Positions 10,472 to 19,982 of a stretch of DNA of 61,943 bases are shown piece after piece. Source of the stretch: an uncultured Gammaproteobacteria bacterium (lineage in GTDB: Bacteria > Patescibacteriota > Patescibacteriia > Patescibacteriales > UBA12465); assembly GCA_964406935.1 (NCBI GenBank), contig CAYOTM010000003.1, positions 1-61,943 on the forward strand, written 5' to 3'. Below the pieces are notes generated by a model. That model did not search any database. It was not told where the DNA came from and saw only the letters and a list, made by a program, of their open reading frames with translations. Made by a program: the position numbers and the translations under genes. Each line of letters opens with the position of its first letter. Within the stretch, counting starts at the first letter, position 1.

Positions 10472-11755
10472 ATGTTAGTGATGAATACTAAGCTACAGGC
10501 TAAAAAATTAAAAAATGGCTTCCAGTTAATTAATCTAAACTCGCCAACTGCCTTAACTGCTACTGCGCTGGTAATGGTTAAAACTGGTTCTAAATATGAA
10601 TCAGCTGCCGAAAATGGCTTGTCTCATTTTCTTGAACACCTCTTTTTTAAAGGGACCAAAAAACGACCCAACGCTTTAGTATTATCTAGCGATCTTGATT
10701 CCTTGGGTAGCGAGTATAACGCCTTTACAAGCAAAGAATATACGGGCTACTGGATTAAAACGGCCGCTGGCCGTCTTGGGCCGGCTCTAGATATTTTAGC
10801 CGATATGTTGTCGGCCCCCTTATTTCCTGCCGAAGAAGTAGAGCGAGAAAAAGGAGTAATTATTGAAGAAGTCAAAATGTATGAAGATAATCCTTTAATG
10901 CACATTGAAGATGTTTTTGAAACTTGTTTATATGGTGATACACCAGCGGGCTGGGAAGTAATTGGCACCCGAGAAAATATTAAATCATTTTCAAGGTCAC
11001 TATTAGTTGATTATTATCAACGGCAATATGGGGCTAACAGTCAGACTCTAATTTTAAGTGGGGCTATTTCTAAACAAGAAGTTTCCCTGGCTAGTCGTTT
11101 GTTTTCCCAGTTTCCTAAAAATAACTGGCAAGACAAATTAGCTGTTAAAGACACCCAAGTTAAACCGACTCTTAAAATTGTCCAAAAAAAAATTGATCAA
11201 GTTAACTTGTCTTTAGGGGTGCGGGCTTTTCCGGTTGGTCATCCTCAAGAAATTCCTCTTAAATTGTTAAGTTTAATTTTGGGGGGTTCAATGAGTTCCC
11301 GATTATTTGTTAATTTACGTGAACGACGTGGCCTCGCTTATTATGTTAAAACAGTAGCTGAACAATATTCGGATTCTGGTTATTTAACCACCCAGGCTGG
11401 CGTTCCCTTGGATAAATTAACTGAAGCAATTCAAGTAATTATTAATGAATATCAGCAAATTGCTGATCATAAAATTGACTTGGCTGAATTAAAACGAGTT
11501 AAGGAAATGGCCATTGGTCGTCTTCAATTACATTTAGAATCTAGCGATGACTTAGCTAATTGGTATGGAAGACAAGTAGTGACTCGTTCTAAATTTATTT
11601 CGCCGGCTCAATATATTAAAGCCTTAGAGCAAGTAAGTGCTGATCAACTTCAAGAAGTAGCCCAAACAATTTTTTCTCAGCCCCTTAATCTAGCGGTGAT
11701 TGGGAATATATCAACTAAAAAAACTGATAAATTACTTAATTGTTTAGTAAAATAA
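10472..11755 (+). CDS. M16 family (pitrilysin-like) zinc peptidase
   Basis: Inverted zinc motif HFLEHLFFKGT with downstream E residues, ~420 aa. An alternative ATG lies at 10481. Confidence 0.85.
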   Translation: MLVMNTKLQAKKLKNGFQLINLNSPTALTATALVMVKTGSKYESAAENGLSHFLEHLFFKGTKKRPNALVLSSDLDSLGSEYNAFTSKEYTGYWIKTAAGRLGPALDILADMLSAPLFPAEEVEREKGVIIEEVKMYEDNPLMHIEDVFETCLYGDTPAGWEVIGTRENIKSFSRSLLVDYYQRQYGANSQTLILSGAISKQEVSLASRLFSQFPKNNWQDKLAVKDTQVKPTLKIVQKKIDQVNLSLGVRAFPVGHPQEIPLKLLSLILGGSMSSRLFVNLRERRGLAYYVKTVAEQYSDSGYLTTQAGVPLDKLTEAIQVIINEYQQIADHKIDLAELKRVKEMAIGRLQLHLESSDDLANWYGRQVVTRSKFISPAQYIKALEQVSADQLQEVAQTIFSQPLNLAVIGNISTKKTDKLLNCLVK

Positions 11756-11761
11756 TTTCTT

Positions 11762-14734
11762 ATGTCGGAAGCGGCCATTAAATTTAATCACGCTCAACAG
11801 TCGGCTGTTTTGCATCAAGCCGGGCCAATGTTGGTAGTAGCTGGCGCCGGCACTGGTAAAACCAGTGTTTTAATTGGTCGCTTAATTAATTTATTATTAA
11901 AACATCAAGTGCCATCGGAGGCGGTCTTATTATTAACTTTTACCGAAAAAGCAGCTAGCGAAATTGAAGAGCGGGCTGATCGTTTATTGCCTTATGGTTA
12001 TTTTGATGCCCAAATTAGTACTTTTCATAGTTTTGCCGAAAAAATCTTACGAGAATATGGTTTAGAAATTGGTTTACCAATTGATTTTAAATTATTAACT
12101 ACCGTTGATCAGTGGGTTTTTTTAAAACAGAATCTTGATCTTTTATCTTTAGATTATTATCGCCCACTAGGCAATCCGAATAAATTTATTAGTGAGCTAT
12201 TAAAGCACTTTTCTCGATTAAAGGATGAGAATATTTCCTCACGTGATTATTGGGATTTTGTTGAATCTTTAGATTTGGATCAAGATGATATTTTCGGTAG
12301 TGCTCCTATTAAGCGTCGTTCAAAAAAAGAAAAAAACGAAGAGGCCTCTTTGGATGCTGAGCGTTTAAAAGAATTGGCTAATGCCTATCAAGTTTATAAT
12401 CAATTATTATTAGATAATAGTTATTTAGATTTTGGTGATTTAATTATTTACTGCCTTCGCTTATTTAAACAGCGACCTAATTTATTACAACAACTGCGGC
12501 AACGTTATCGCCATATTATGGTTGATGAATTTCAAGATACTAATTGGGCGCAATATGAATTAGTTAAACAGTTAGCGGCTCCTGACAATAATTTATTAGT
12601 AGTAGGCGACGACGATCAGGCAATTTATAAATTTCGAGGAGCTTCTTTAGCTAATATTATGCAGTTTAAGGAAGATTTTCCTCAGGCTAAAGAAGTTTTG
12701 TTAACAGAAAACTATCGTTCACAACAAGAGATTTTAGATCGCGCCTATCAGTGCGTTAGCCATAATAATCCTCATCGTTTAGAAATTAAATTAGGAATTG
12801 ATAAAAAATTAATTTCTCGAGTTCCAGCCGTTAAGGAACCAGCCGTTACTTTCTCTAATTTTCCTCAGGCGACCAATGAATTATTTTTTGTGGCTAAAAC
12901 CATTCAAGACATTTATCAAACAGCTAAAAAGAATTCTTTAGATATTAGTTGGTCAGATTTTGCCATTTTAGCGCGCTCCAATGAGACCGCCGAAACTTTT
13001 TCGCGAGAATTAAGTCGTCGACAAATACCCAATCAATTCGTTTCTTTACGAGGGCTTTATCGTAAATCTATTATTTTGGACTGCCTAGCTTATTTGCGAG
13101 TTTTAAATGATTTTAAGTCAGCCGCCTCTTTATTTCGTTTATTTAATTTACCGGCCTTTAGTCTGCCGTATCCAGAAATCATTAAGCTCAATAATTTTGC
13201 TCAAAAAAAACACTGGTCTTTGTTGGATGCTTTAGAGCAAATGCGGGTAGTTCCTAATATTAGCCAGGAAGCCGTTTCTAAGGGGGACGCTTTATTAAAA
13301 TTACTAAACCAGCACTATCAGTTAGCCAAAAGTGGCAAAGCTAGTCAGATATTTTTATCCTTTGTTAGAGACTCAGGCTTAATTACTCACTTAGATTATG
13401 ATCGCGATCAAGAACAATTTTCTTATTTAAATCAGTTTTATAAAAAAATTAAAAATTTTGAAGAATCATTGCCCCTGGCTAAATTATCTGATTTTTTAGA
13501 AATTTTAGATTGGGAAATGGAGGCGGGCGATAGCGGCTCCTTAACTCTAGATTTTGTTGACAATGACACTGTTCGGGTAATGACGGTTCATGCCGCCAAG
13601 GGGCTAGAATTTAAATATGTTTTTTTAGTCGGTCTATCAGAAAGAAAATTTCCGACCACTAATCGTCAGGACCGAATTGCGATGGCCGACCAATTAATTA
13701 AAGAAAAAATTAATAGTTCGGCTGATAGTCACTTAGAAGAAGAGCGTCGGCTCTTTTATGTAGCAATGACGCGGGCAAAAAATAAATTATTTTTAAGTGC
13801 TTGGAGAAATGCTGGAGCAACTCGAGAAAAGAAAATTTCTCGTTTTGTATCTGAGACTGGTTTGATTGATGTAAATATTGAAACTCCTGTCGACTTAAAA
13901 CCACAACCTTTAAATGATGACTTACAGGAAAATCAGGATGTTTTATTGACCAGCAATCAAGATTTAGTTTTACCTACTAAATTTTCTTTTTCCCAATTAG
14001 CGGCCTTTGATAATTGTCCTTTACAGTATAAATTTGCTTTTGTTTTAAAAATTCCTGCGCCGACTGATAAGGCTAGTTTAATTTTTGGTCGGGTAATGCA
14101 TACCGTGTTATATGAATTTTTAAAACCCCTTGCGATTGGTGGGCAGGCTGATTTATTTGCGAAGCAAAATACCTCGTTACTGGAATTAAATTGGGAGCGA
14201 TTAGAAAAAATTTTTAAAGAACGCTGGGTAGAAGATGGTTATCAAAGCAAAGAGGAACGAAATAAATATTATCAGCAAGGACGGCAAGCTTTAAAAAAAT
14301 TTCTTCAGCAAATTAATCAACAAGTGCCGACAATTTTATTTTTAGAAAAAAGTTTTAGCTTTCACTTAGACCAAGACACTATTAAAGGAACGATTGATCG
14401 TGTAGATAAACTAGCCGATGGCTCGCTCTCAGTAATTGATTATAAAACCGGGGAAGCTAAAGAAGAATTAAATTACAAAAATAAACGTCAACTAATTTTA
14501 TATCAAATATTTTTGGAAAAAATCCTTGGCTTAAAAGTTAGCTCGCTAAGTTATTATTATTTAAATAGCGGGGAAATTTTAAGCTTTGTTGCCTCTGATA
14601 AGGAAAAAAGTAAACTCGAAGTAGAGATTAAACAACAAATCGCTGAAATTAAAGAGAAAAAGTTTTTGCCGAAGCCGTCGCTGATGTGTCATTATTGTGA
14701 CTTCAAGGATATCTGTCCCTGGCGACAACTTTAA
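11762..14734 (+). CDS. UvrD/PcrA/AddA-type helicase fused to a PD-(D/E)XK nuclease with Cys cluster
   Basis: Walker A GAGTGKT, DEFQDTN, VVGDDDQAIYKFRGA and VHAAKGLEF. The C-terminus carries IDRVD...VIDYKTG plus Cys residues in FDNCP and CHYCDFKDIC. Confidence 0.85.
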   Translation: MSEAAIKFNHAQQSAVLHQAGPMLVVAGAGTGKTSVLIGRLINLLLKHQVPSEAVLLLTFTEKAASEIEERADRLLPYGYFDAQISTFHSFAEKILREYGLEIGLPIDFKLLTTVDQWVFLKQNLDLLSLDYYRPLGNPNKFISELLKHFSRLKDENISSRDYWDFVESLDLDQDDIFGSAPIKRRSKKEKNEEASLDAERLKELANAYQVYNQLLLDNSYLDFGDLIIYCLRLFKQRPNLLQQLRQRYRHIMVDEFQDTNWAQYELVKQLAAPDNNLLVVGDDDQAIYKFRGASLANIMQFKEDFPQAKEVLLTENYRSQQEILDRAYQCVSHNNPHRLEIKLGIDKKLISRVPAVKEPAVTFSNFPQATNELFFVAKTIQDIYQTAKKNSLDISWSDFAILARSNETAETFSRELSRRQIPNQFVSLRGLYRKSIILDCLAYLRVLNDFKSAASLFRLFNLPAFSLPYPEIIKLNNFAQKKHWSLLDALEQMRVVPNISQEAVSKGDALLKLLNQHYQLAKSGKASQIFLSFVRDSGLITHLDYDRDQEQFSYLNQFYKKIKNFEESLPLAKLSDFLEILDWEMEAGDSGSLTLDFVDNDTVRVMTVHAAKGLEFKYVFLVGLSERKFPTTNRQDRIAMADQLIKEKINSSADSHLEEERRLFYVAMTRAKNKLFLSAWRNAGATREKKISRFVSETGLIDVNIETPVDLKPQPLNDDLQENQDVLLTSNQDLVLPTKFSFSQLAAFDNCPLQYKFAFVLKIPAPTDKASLIFGRVMHTVLYEFLKPLAIGGQADLFAKQNTSLLELNWERLEKIFKERWVEDGYQSKEERNKYYQQGRQALKKFLQQINQQVPTILFLEKSFSFHLDQDTIKGTIDRVDKLADGSLSVIDYKTGEAKEELNYKNKRQLILYQIFLEKILGLKVSSLSYYYLNSGEILSFVASDKEKSKLEVEIKQQIAEIKEKKFLPKPSLMCHYCDFKDICPWRQL

Positions 14735-14759
14735 TTAAATTTGTTAAACTTAATTTATT

Positions 14760-15440
14760 ATGTTACCTGAATCTTTTTTCTCCCAATTTAAGTTACGTTG
14801 GTTTTTATATTTTTTTATTATTCTTTTTTGGTCTCTATGGTTAGTTAATCAACAAGTCTTAAGTCATAAGCGTTTAATCGTTGATGATTGTTTGCGAGAT
14901 ATTCCTGATTATCCGGTGGTCATTGTTTTGGGAGCGGGAGTTGATAGCAATAGTCAGCCTGGTCCTTTATTTAGAGATCGATTACAGGCGGCTAGCATTT
15001 TATATAAAACCAATAAAGCCTCTAAAATTTTAGTTAGTGGTTATAGTAGTCGCTATGGTTATAATGAATTAAATCCTGCTCGCAATTATTTATTAAATCA
15101 AGAAATTGAGCCAGAAAATATTTTTTTAGATTATCAAGGCTCTAATACTTTTGCTTCCTTTTATCGAGCTAAGAATCTTTTTGGAATCGATCAAGCTTTA
15201 ATAGTTACCCAAAGCTTTCATTTACCCCGAGCCCTTTACTTGGCTAATAAATTAGGAATTGAAGCTTTAGGTTGTATTGCTGATAATCAACAATATGATA
15301 TTAACCAATCAACTAAACAGCGAGAAATTTTAGCTCGGGTTAAGGCCTGGTTAGATATTAATTTAGGAGTTTCTTTAAATTTAGCCGAACCGCCAGTTGA
15401 TTTATCAGCTAGTGGTCAAAAAACTTGGCATGATAATTAA
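14760..15440 (+). CDS. DUF218 (SanA/ElyC/YdcF-like) membrane-anchored protein
   Basis: N-terminal TM followed by VIVLGAGV...RL..A..LY...ILVSG, the characteristic DUF218 core. Confidence 0.7.
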   Translation: MLPESFFSQFKLRWFLYFFIILFWSLWLVNQQVLSHKRLIVDDCLRDIPDYPVVIVLGAGVDSNSQPGPLFRDRLQAASILYKTNKASKILVSGYSSRYGYNELNPARNYLLNQEIEPENIFLDYQGSNTFASFYRAKNLFGIDQALIVTQSFHLPRALYLANKLGIEALGCIADNQQYDINQSTKQREILARVKAWLDINLGVSLNLAEPPVDLSASGQKTWHDN

Positions 15441-15451
15441 TCCAAAAAACT

Positions 15452-16474
15452 ATGATTATTAATGACGATCGTTTCTTGGCCGCTGATGTTCAAGCCGAAG
15501 ATGACAAACTAGAACAAACCTTACGACCTCGGACTTTAGACGAATATGTTGGTCAAGAAATAATTAAACAAAATTTAAGTATTACTATTGCGGCGGCCAA
15601 GCAACGACAGGAAACAATTGAGCATGTTTTATTATATGGTGCTCCTGGTTTAGGGAAAACCACTCTAGCACATGTAATCGCTAATGAAATTGGCGCGAAA
15701 ATTCGAGTTACCTCTGGCCCAGCAATTGAAAAAAGTGGTGATTTGGCAGCTATTTTGAGCAATTTAGAGGAGGGCGACATTTTATTTATTGATGAAATTC
15801 ATCGTCTCCCGAAAACAGTGGAAGAAGTTTTATATCCAGCGATGGAGGATTACGCTCTTGATATTATTATGGGTAAAGGACCTAGTGCTCGCACCCTCCG
15901 TTTAGATTTACCAAAGTTTTCTGTCATTGGAGCAACCACTCTAGCTAGTTTATTATCAGCCCCCTTGCGTGATCGTTTTGGGATTGTTCATCATTTAAAT
16001 TTTTATGAAACAGGAGAGATAGAAAGAATTATTATTCGCAGTGCTAATATTTTACAAATTGATTTAGCTTCGGGAGCAGCTACTGAAATTGCTAAAAGAT
16101 CGCGCAAAACCCCCCGGATTGCTAATCGCTTACTTAAACGAGTTCGTGATTATTGTCAAGTAAAACATCAAGGAATTATTAATCCGGAAAATTGTTTATC
16201 ATCTTTTCAATTATTAGGGATTGATGATTTAGGATTAGATGCGGTTGATCGTCGACTCCTGTCCTTAATTGCTGAAAAATTTAACGGTGGTCCGGTTGGT
16301 TTAAACACTTTAGCTGCAGCTACTGGCGAAGATAGTGATACGATTGAAAATATTTATGAGCCTTATTTAATGCAACTCGGCTTTCTTGATCGTTCTCCTC
16401 GAGGGAGAGTATTAACAGCAGCCGCCTATAAACATTTAGGCTTGGAAATACCCGTTTCTAATAAATTATTTTAA
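15452..16474 (+). CDS. ruvB: Holliday junction branch migration helicase RuvB
   Basis: [23 protein letters not shown]-type Walker A ([11 protein letters not shown]) and [10 protein letters not shown]. Confidence 0.97.
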   Translation: MIINDDRFLAADVQAEDDKLEQTLRPRTLDEYVGQEIIKQNLSITIAAAKQRQETIEHVLLYGAPGLGKTTLAHVIANEIGAKIRVTSGPAIEKSGDLAAILSNLEEGDILFIDEIHRLPKTVEEVLYPAMEDYALDIIMGKGPSARTLRLDLPKFSVIGATTLASLLSAPLRDRFGIVHHLNFYETGEIERIIIRSANILQIDLASGAATEIAKRSRKTPRIANRLLKRVRDYCQVKHQGIINPENCLSSFQLLGIDDLGLDAVDRRLLSLIAEKFNGGPVGLNTLAAATGEDSDTIENIYEPYLMQLGFLDRSPRGRVLTAAAYKHLGLEIPVSNKLF

Positions 16475-16495
16475 GTAGTTAGGTTTTTAATTTTT

Positions 16496-17563
16496 ATGTG
16501 GCGTAAACAGGATTTTGATTATCGTTTACCAACTGAATTAATTGCTCAAACACCAGTTAAACCGCGCGATTTTGCGCGGCTTTTATTAGTAAATAAACAT
16601 CAAAAGAAAATTCAGCATGATATTTTTTATCATTTAGATAAGTATTTAAAACCTGGCGATTTGTTAGTGGTTAATGATTCTAAGGTTATCCCTGCGAGAT
16701 TATTTGGTAAAAAAAAGAGCGGCGGGCAGCTAGAAGTTTTTTTGTTAAAACAATTAAATTCTAATCATTGGCAATGCCTGCTTAAAGGAAAAATTAAATT
16801 AGAATCCGAAATTATTTTGAGTAAAAATTTACAAGCCGTCGCTGTTAAACAAGAGGGGGCGGGGGTATGGCAATTAAAATTTAATCAAAAAAATCCCCAG
16901 CTAAACAATAGTTTATTTAAATTAGGTCAAACCCCCTTACCTCCTTATATTAGACGAGGCTTAGCTACTCAGGCTGATTATCGTCATTATCAAACTGTTT
17001 ATGCTAACGAGCAACAAGCCGGTTCAGTGGCTGCTCCAACCGCTGGCTTACATTTTACTAATCGTTTACTTAAAAAAATATCTCAGGTTGGTGTTGAATT
17101 AGCTACCGTTACTTTACATGTTGGTTTAGGAACTTTTCAGCCAGTTAAAGTAGAGGATATTAGACAGCATCAAATGCATCAAGAGTCTTTAATTATTTCG
17201 CCAATTAATCTTCAAAAAATTATTCAAGCTCGTCAGCGGGGAAGGCGGATCATTGCCGTTGGTACTACCAGTTGTCGCTCATTGGAAACTTTAGCTCAGC
17301 ACTTACAGAATAATTTATTTTCGGTTGATAATAAATTAAGCAGACAATCTTATTTTCAGGCTAATACAGATATTTTTATTTATCCTGGTTACCAATTTTT
17401 ATTGACTGATGCTTTAATTACTAACTTTCATTTACCGCAATCCACCTTATTAATGCTGGTATTTGCTTTAGCTGGTAAAAAATTAATTGATCAAGCTTAT
17501 CATCAAGCAATTCAACAAAAATATCGATTTTTTAGTTATGGGGATGCGATGTTTATTTATTAA
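16496..17563 (+). CDS. queA: S-adenosylmethionine:tRNA ribosyltransferase-isomerase
   Basis: FDYRLPTELIAQTP, AAPTAGLHFT and VGTTSCRSLE motifs. Confidence 0.95.
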   Translation: MWRKQDFDYRLPTELIAQTPVKPRDFARLLLVNKHQKKIQHDIFYHLDKYLKPGDLLVVNDSKVIPARLFGKKKSGGQLEVFLLKQLNSNHWQCLLKGKIKLESEIILSKNLQAVAVKQEGAGVWQLKFNQKNPQLNNSLFKLGQTPLPPYIRRGLATQADYRHYQTVYANEQQAGSVAAPTAGLHFTNRLLKKISQVGVELATVTLHVGLGTFQPVKVEDIRQHQMHQESLIISPINLQKIIQARQRGRRIIAVGTTSCRSLETLAQHLQNNLFSVDNKLSRQSYFQANTDIFIYPGYQFLLTDALITNFHLPQSTLLMLVFALAGKKLIDQAYHQAIQQKYRFFSYGDAMFIY

Positions 17564-17693
17564 AAAGAATTAGTTTTTGATTGTTTTTTAAATAACTTTA
17601 GATAAAATATTGGCTTTTAAGCTCCAGTTGCTTTTTTTGTTTTTTCATGTTAAGCTATTAACAATCTTTTATTTTTTTATTTTTCATTATTTT

Positions 17694-18284
17694 ATGTGGA
17701 AAAAGTTTTTTCTGTTTACCTGGGAGTTAGCCAAAGTAACGGTTATTTCTTTAGCAATTATTATTCCGGTTCGTTATTATTTAATCCAGCCATTTTACGT
17801 TAAAGGAGCTTCCATGGAACCCAATTTTCATGATCATGAATATTTAATTATTGATGAATTAAGTTATCGTTTTCGAGACCCTCAAAGAGGTGAAGTGGTA
17901 GTTTTTCGCTATCCTCGCAATCCTCAAGAATATTTTATTAAACGAATTATTGGCTTGCCAGGAGAAGAGATTCAGATTCGTGATGGGCAAGTAGTTATTT
18001 ATAATGAACAAAATCAAAATGGTGTATTTATTAATGAAGCTTTTTTAGAAGAAGGAACGTTTACTTATTCAGCCAATCAAGACCGAATTTCTTTAGCAGT
18101 TGACGAATATTATGTTTTAGGCGATAATCGAAGCGCTTCACTTGATTCTCGCAGCTTTGGTTCTCTTAAAAAACAATTTATTACGGGCCGAGTTTTTTTC
18201 CGTGGTTGGCCCTTTGATCGAGTTCAAGTTTTTAAACAATTACCAGACTTTGGCTTAATGCCTGAGGTAACTTCCATTGATTAA
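17694..18284 (+). CDS. lepB: signal peptidase I
   Basis: GASMEPNF (catalytic Ser), KRIIGLPGE (Lys) and GDNRSASLDSR. I prefer the ATG at 17694 over the TTG at 17610 given in the ORF track. Confidence 0.85.
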   Translation: MWKKFFLFTWELAKVTVISLAIIIPVRYYLIQPFYVKGASMEPNFHDHEYLIIDELSYRFRDPQRGEVVVFRYPRNPQEYFIKRIIGLPGEEIQIRDGQVVIYNEQNQNGVFINEAFLEEGTFTYSANQDRISLAVDEYYVLGDNRSASLDSRSFGSLKKQFITGRVFFRGWPFDRVQVFKQLPDFGLMPEVTSID

Positions 18285-18285
18285 T

Positions 18286-19641
18286 ATGCCGAAAAAAAAA
18301 TTAATAACTAAAAAAACAACTTTTCATAAATCTACCCCTAAAAAATCTCATCGACGCTTTAGCCGATTGTTAGGGATGAAAGACATTGCTCCGGCTGAGC
18401 ATTTTTATTTTTCCTTAATTACTGAAAAAGCTCGTCAATTAGCTGAGCTTTATAGTTTTTCTCCAATTAAAACTCCAATTTTAGAAAGTATTGATTTATA
18501 TAGAAAATCTACCAGAGGTGGATCAGATAAAGATTTTTATCCAGTTGATTGTGAAAAAGGGGAGGCTGTTGTTTTACGTCCAGAAATTACTCAAGGAATA
18601 ATTCGTTCTTACTTCGAAAATAATTTAGACCAAGTTGAACAACCAGTGCGTTTATTTTCTTTGGGCCCAGTTTTTCGTCGGGAAAAATTACAATCTGGTC
18701 GTTATCGTGAATCAACTCAGTTAAATTTAGAAATTATTGGTGAGAAAAAACCGATGGCTGAAGCTTTAGTTATTTCTGCCGCCAATAGTTTTTTTAAAGA
18801 ATTTAATTTAGATGTTCAAGTTCAAATTAATAGTTTGGGCGGACCCGAATGTCGCAAAGAATATAGCTCTAAGTTAATGAGCTTTTACAAAGAAAGGGGT
18901 CGACGTTCAAAGCTGTGCAATAATTGTCGTAAAAATTTAGGAAAAAACATGTTCGCTTTGCTTGATTGTCAAGAAGAGGAATGTGTTAAAATGCACAGTG
19001 AAGCTCCGCAAATTGCTGATTGTTTAAGTGAAGAAAGTCAAAATCATTTTAAAAAAGTTTTGGAATATTTAGATGAGTTAAATATCAACTATAATTTTAA
19101 TCCTTATTTAGTTCGGGGTTTAAGTTATTATAATGATATTGTTTTTGAGTTTTGGCCCGTTAGCGAAACGGGCGAAGCTCAGGGTAAATTAGCCCTGGCT
19201 GGTGGTGGTCGCTACGATGAGTTTATTAGTCATATTGGCAATATAGAAACTTCTGCCGTTGGCTTAGCGATTGGTCTAGAAAGAGTGATGACTAAAATTA
19301 AAGACAAAATTACTAAGCAGCCTGTTGGCGAAGATTTAATTTTTATTGCTCAATTAGGTGAGCAAGCAAAAATTAAAGCAATGTTGTTGTTTGAAGACTT
19401 AAGACAGGTTGGCTACTCTGTTCGTCAATCATTTTCTTCCGATAGTTTAAAAAATCAAATTGAAGAAGCTACCCGCTTAAAATCAAAAATTAGTTTAATT
19501 TTAGGTAAAAAAGAAGTAATGGACGAAACAATTATTTTACGAGACATGGAATCAGGATCCCAGGAAATTATTGCTTATAAAAAAATTAAAGATAAATTAA
19601 GTAAAAAATTTAATAGAAAGGAAGGTGTTTATTATGGCTGA
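18286..19641 (+). CDS. hisS: histidine--tRNA ligase
   Basis: Class II motifs (LRPEITQG, VFRREKLQSGRYRESTQ, GGGRYD) and a C-terminal anticodon-binding domain. The ATG at 18286 directly follows the lepB stop. Confidence 0.9.
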   Translation: MPKKKLITKKTTFHKSTPKKSHRRFSRLLGMKDIAPAEHFYFSLITEKARQLAELYSFSPIKTPILESIDLYRKSTRGGSDKDFYPVDCEKGEAVVLRPEITQGIIRSYFENNLDQVEQPVRLFSLGPVFRREKLQSGRYRESTQLNLEIIGEKKPMAEALVISAANSFFKEFNLDVQVQINSLGGPECRKEYSSKLMSFYKERGRRSKLCNNCRKNLGKNMFALLDCQEEECVKMHSEAPQIADCLSEESQNHFKKVLEYLDELNINYNFNPYLVRGLSYYNDIVFEFWPVSETGEAQGKLALAGGGRYDEFISHIGNIETSAVGLAIGLERVMTKIKDKITKQPVGEDLIFIAQLGEQAKIKAMLLFEDLRQVGYSVRQSFSSDSLKNQIEEATRLKSKISLILGKKEVMDETIILRDMESGSQEIIAYKKIKDKLSKKFNRKEGVYYG

Positions 19642-19864
19642 TATTAAAAGAAAGCCCGGTGAAAGTTTTGAAGGATTTTTACGTAAATTCAAAAAAGCCT
19701 TAAAAAATAGTAAGCGATTAGAAGTTGCTCGTTCTAAGCAACACGTTGAACCACGAGTCACTAAGAATAAACAACGTAAACAGACTTTAACTGGTTTGAA
19801 AATTCGAGCTGAAAAAGAATATTTACGAAAAATTGGTAAACTTCCCGAAAATGATTATAAATAA
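19634..19864 (+). CDS. rpsU: 30S ribosomal protein S21
   Basis: 76-aa basic protein, ESFEGFLRKFKKALKNS. AAGGAAGG Shine-Dalgarno lies 7-8 nt upstream of the ATG at 19634. Overlaps the hisS stop by 8 nt. Confidence 0.75.
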   Translation: MADIKRKPGESFEGFLRKFKKALKNSKRLEVARSKQHVEPRVTKNKQRKQTLTGLKIRAEKEYLRKIGKLPENDYK

Positions 19865-19923
19865 AAAAATTCCCGCAAGGGATTTTTTTATTTTTATTGC
19901 CTTGCCAAAAAATTTTATATTAT

Positions 19924-19948
19924 AAAAGCGCCCTTTAGGGCGCTTTTT
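19924..19948. terminator. bidirectional rho-independent terminator (rpsU / rel convergent)
   Basis: Perfect 10-bp stem AAAAGCGCCC-TTTA-GGGCGCTTTT with A/T runs on both sides. A weaker TCCC-GCAA-GGGA hairpin lies at 19863-19889. Confidence 0.8.
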
Positions 19949-19982
19949 AAGATTGAGAAGAGTTTATTTTCAAAATTTTTAA

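Noticed and set aside
17610-17693. Upstream TTG/GTG starts from the ORF track for lepB (17610), hisS (18277), rpsU (19625), secD (36827), ftsZ (44287), ORF 49356 and the GT2 gene (52136)
   Set aside because: In each case an ATG a few codons downstream removes an overlap with the preceding gene or matches the conserved N-terminus (e.g. MAEIKPD for FtsZ). The extensions encode unconserved hydrophobic or odd peptides.
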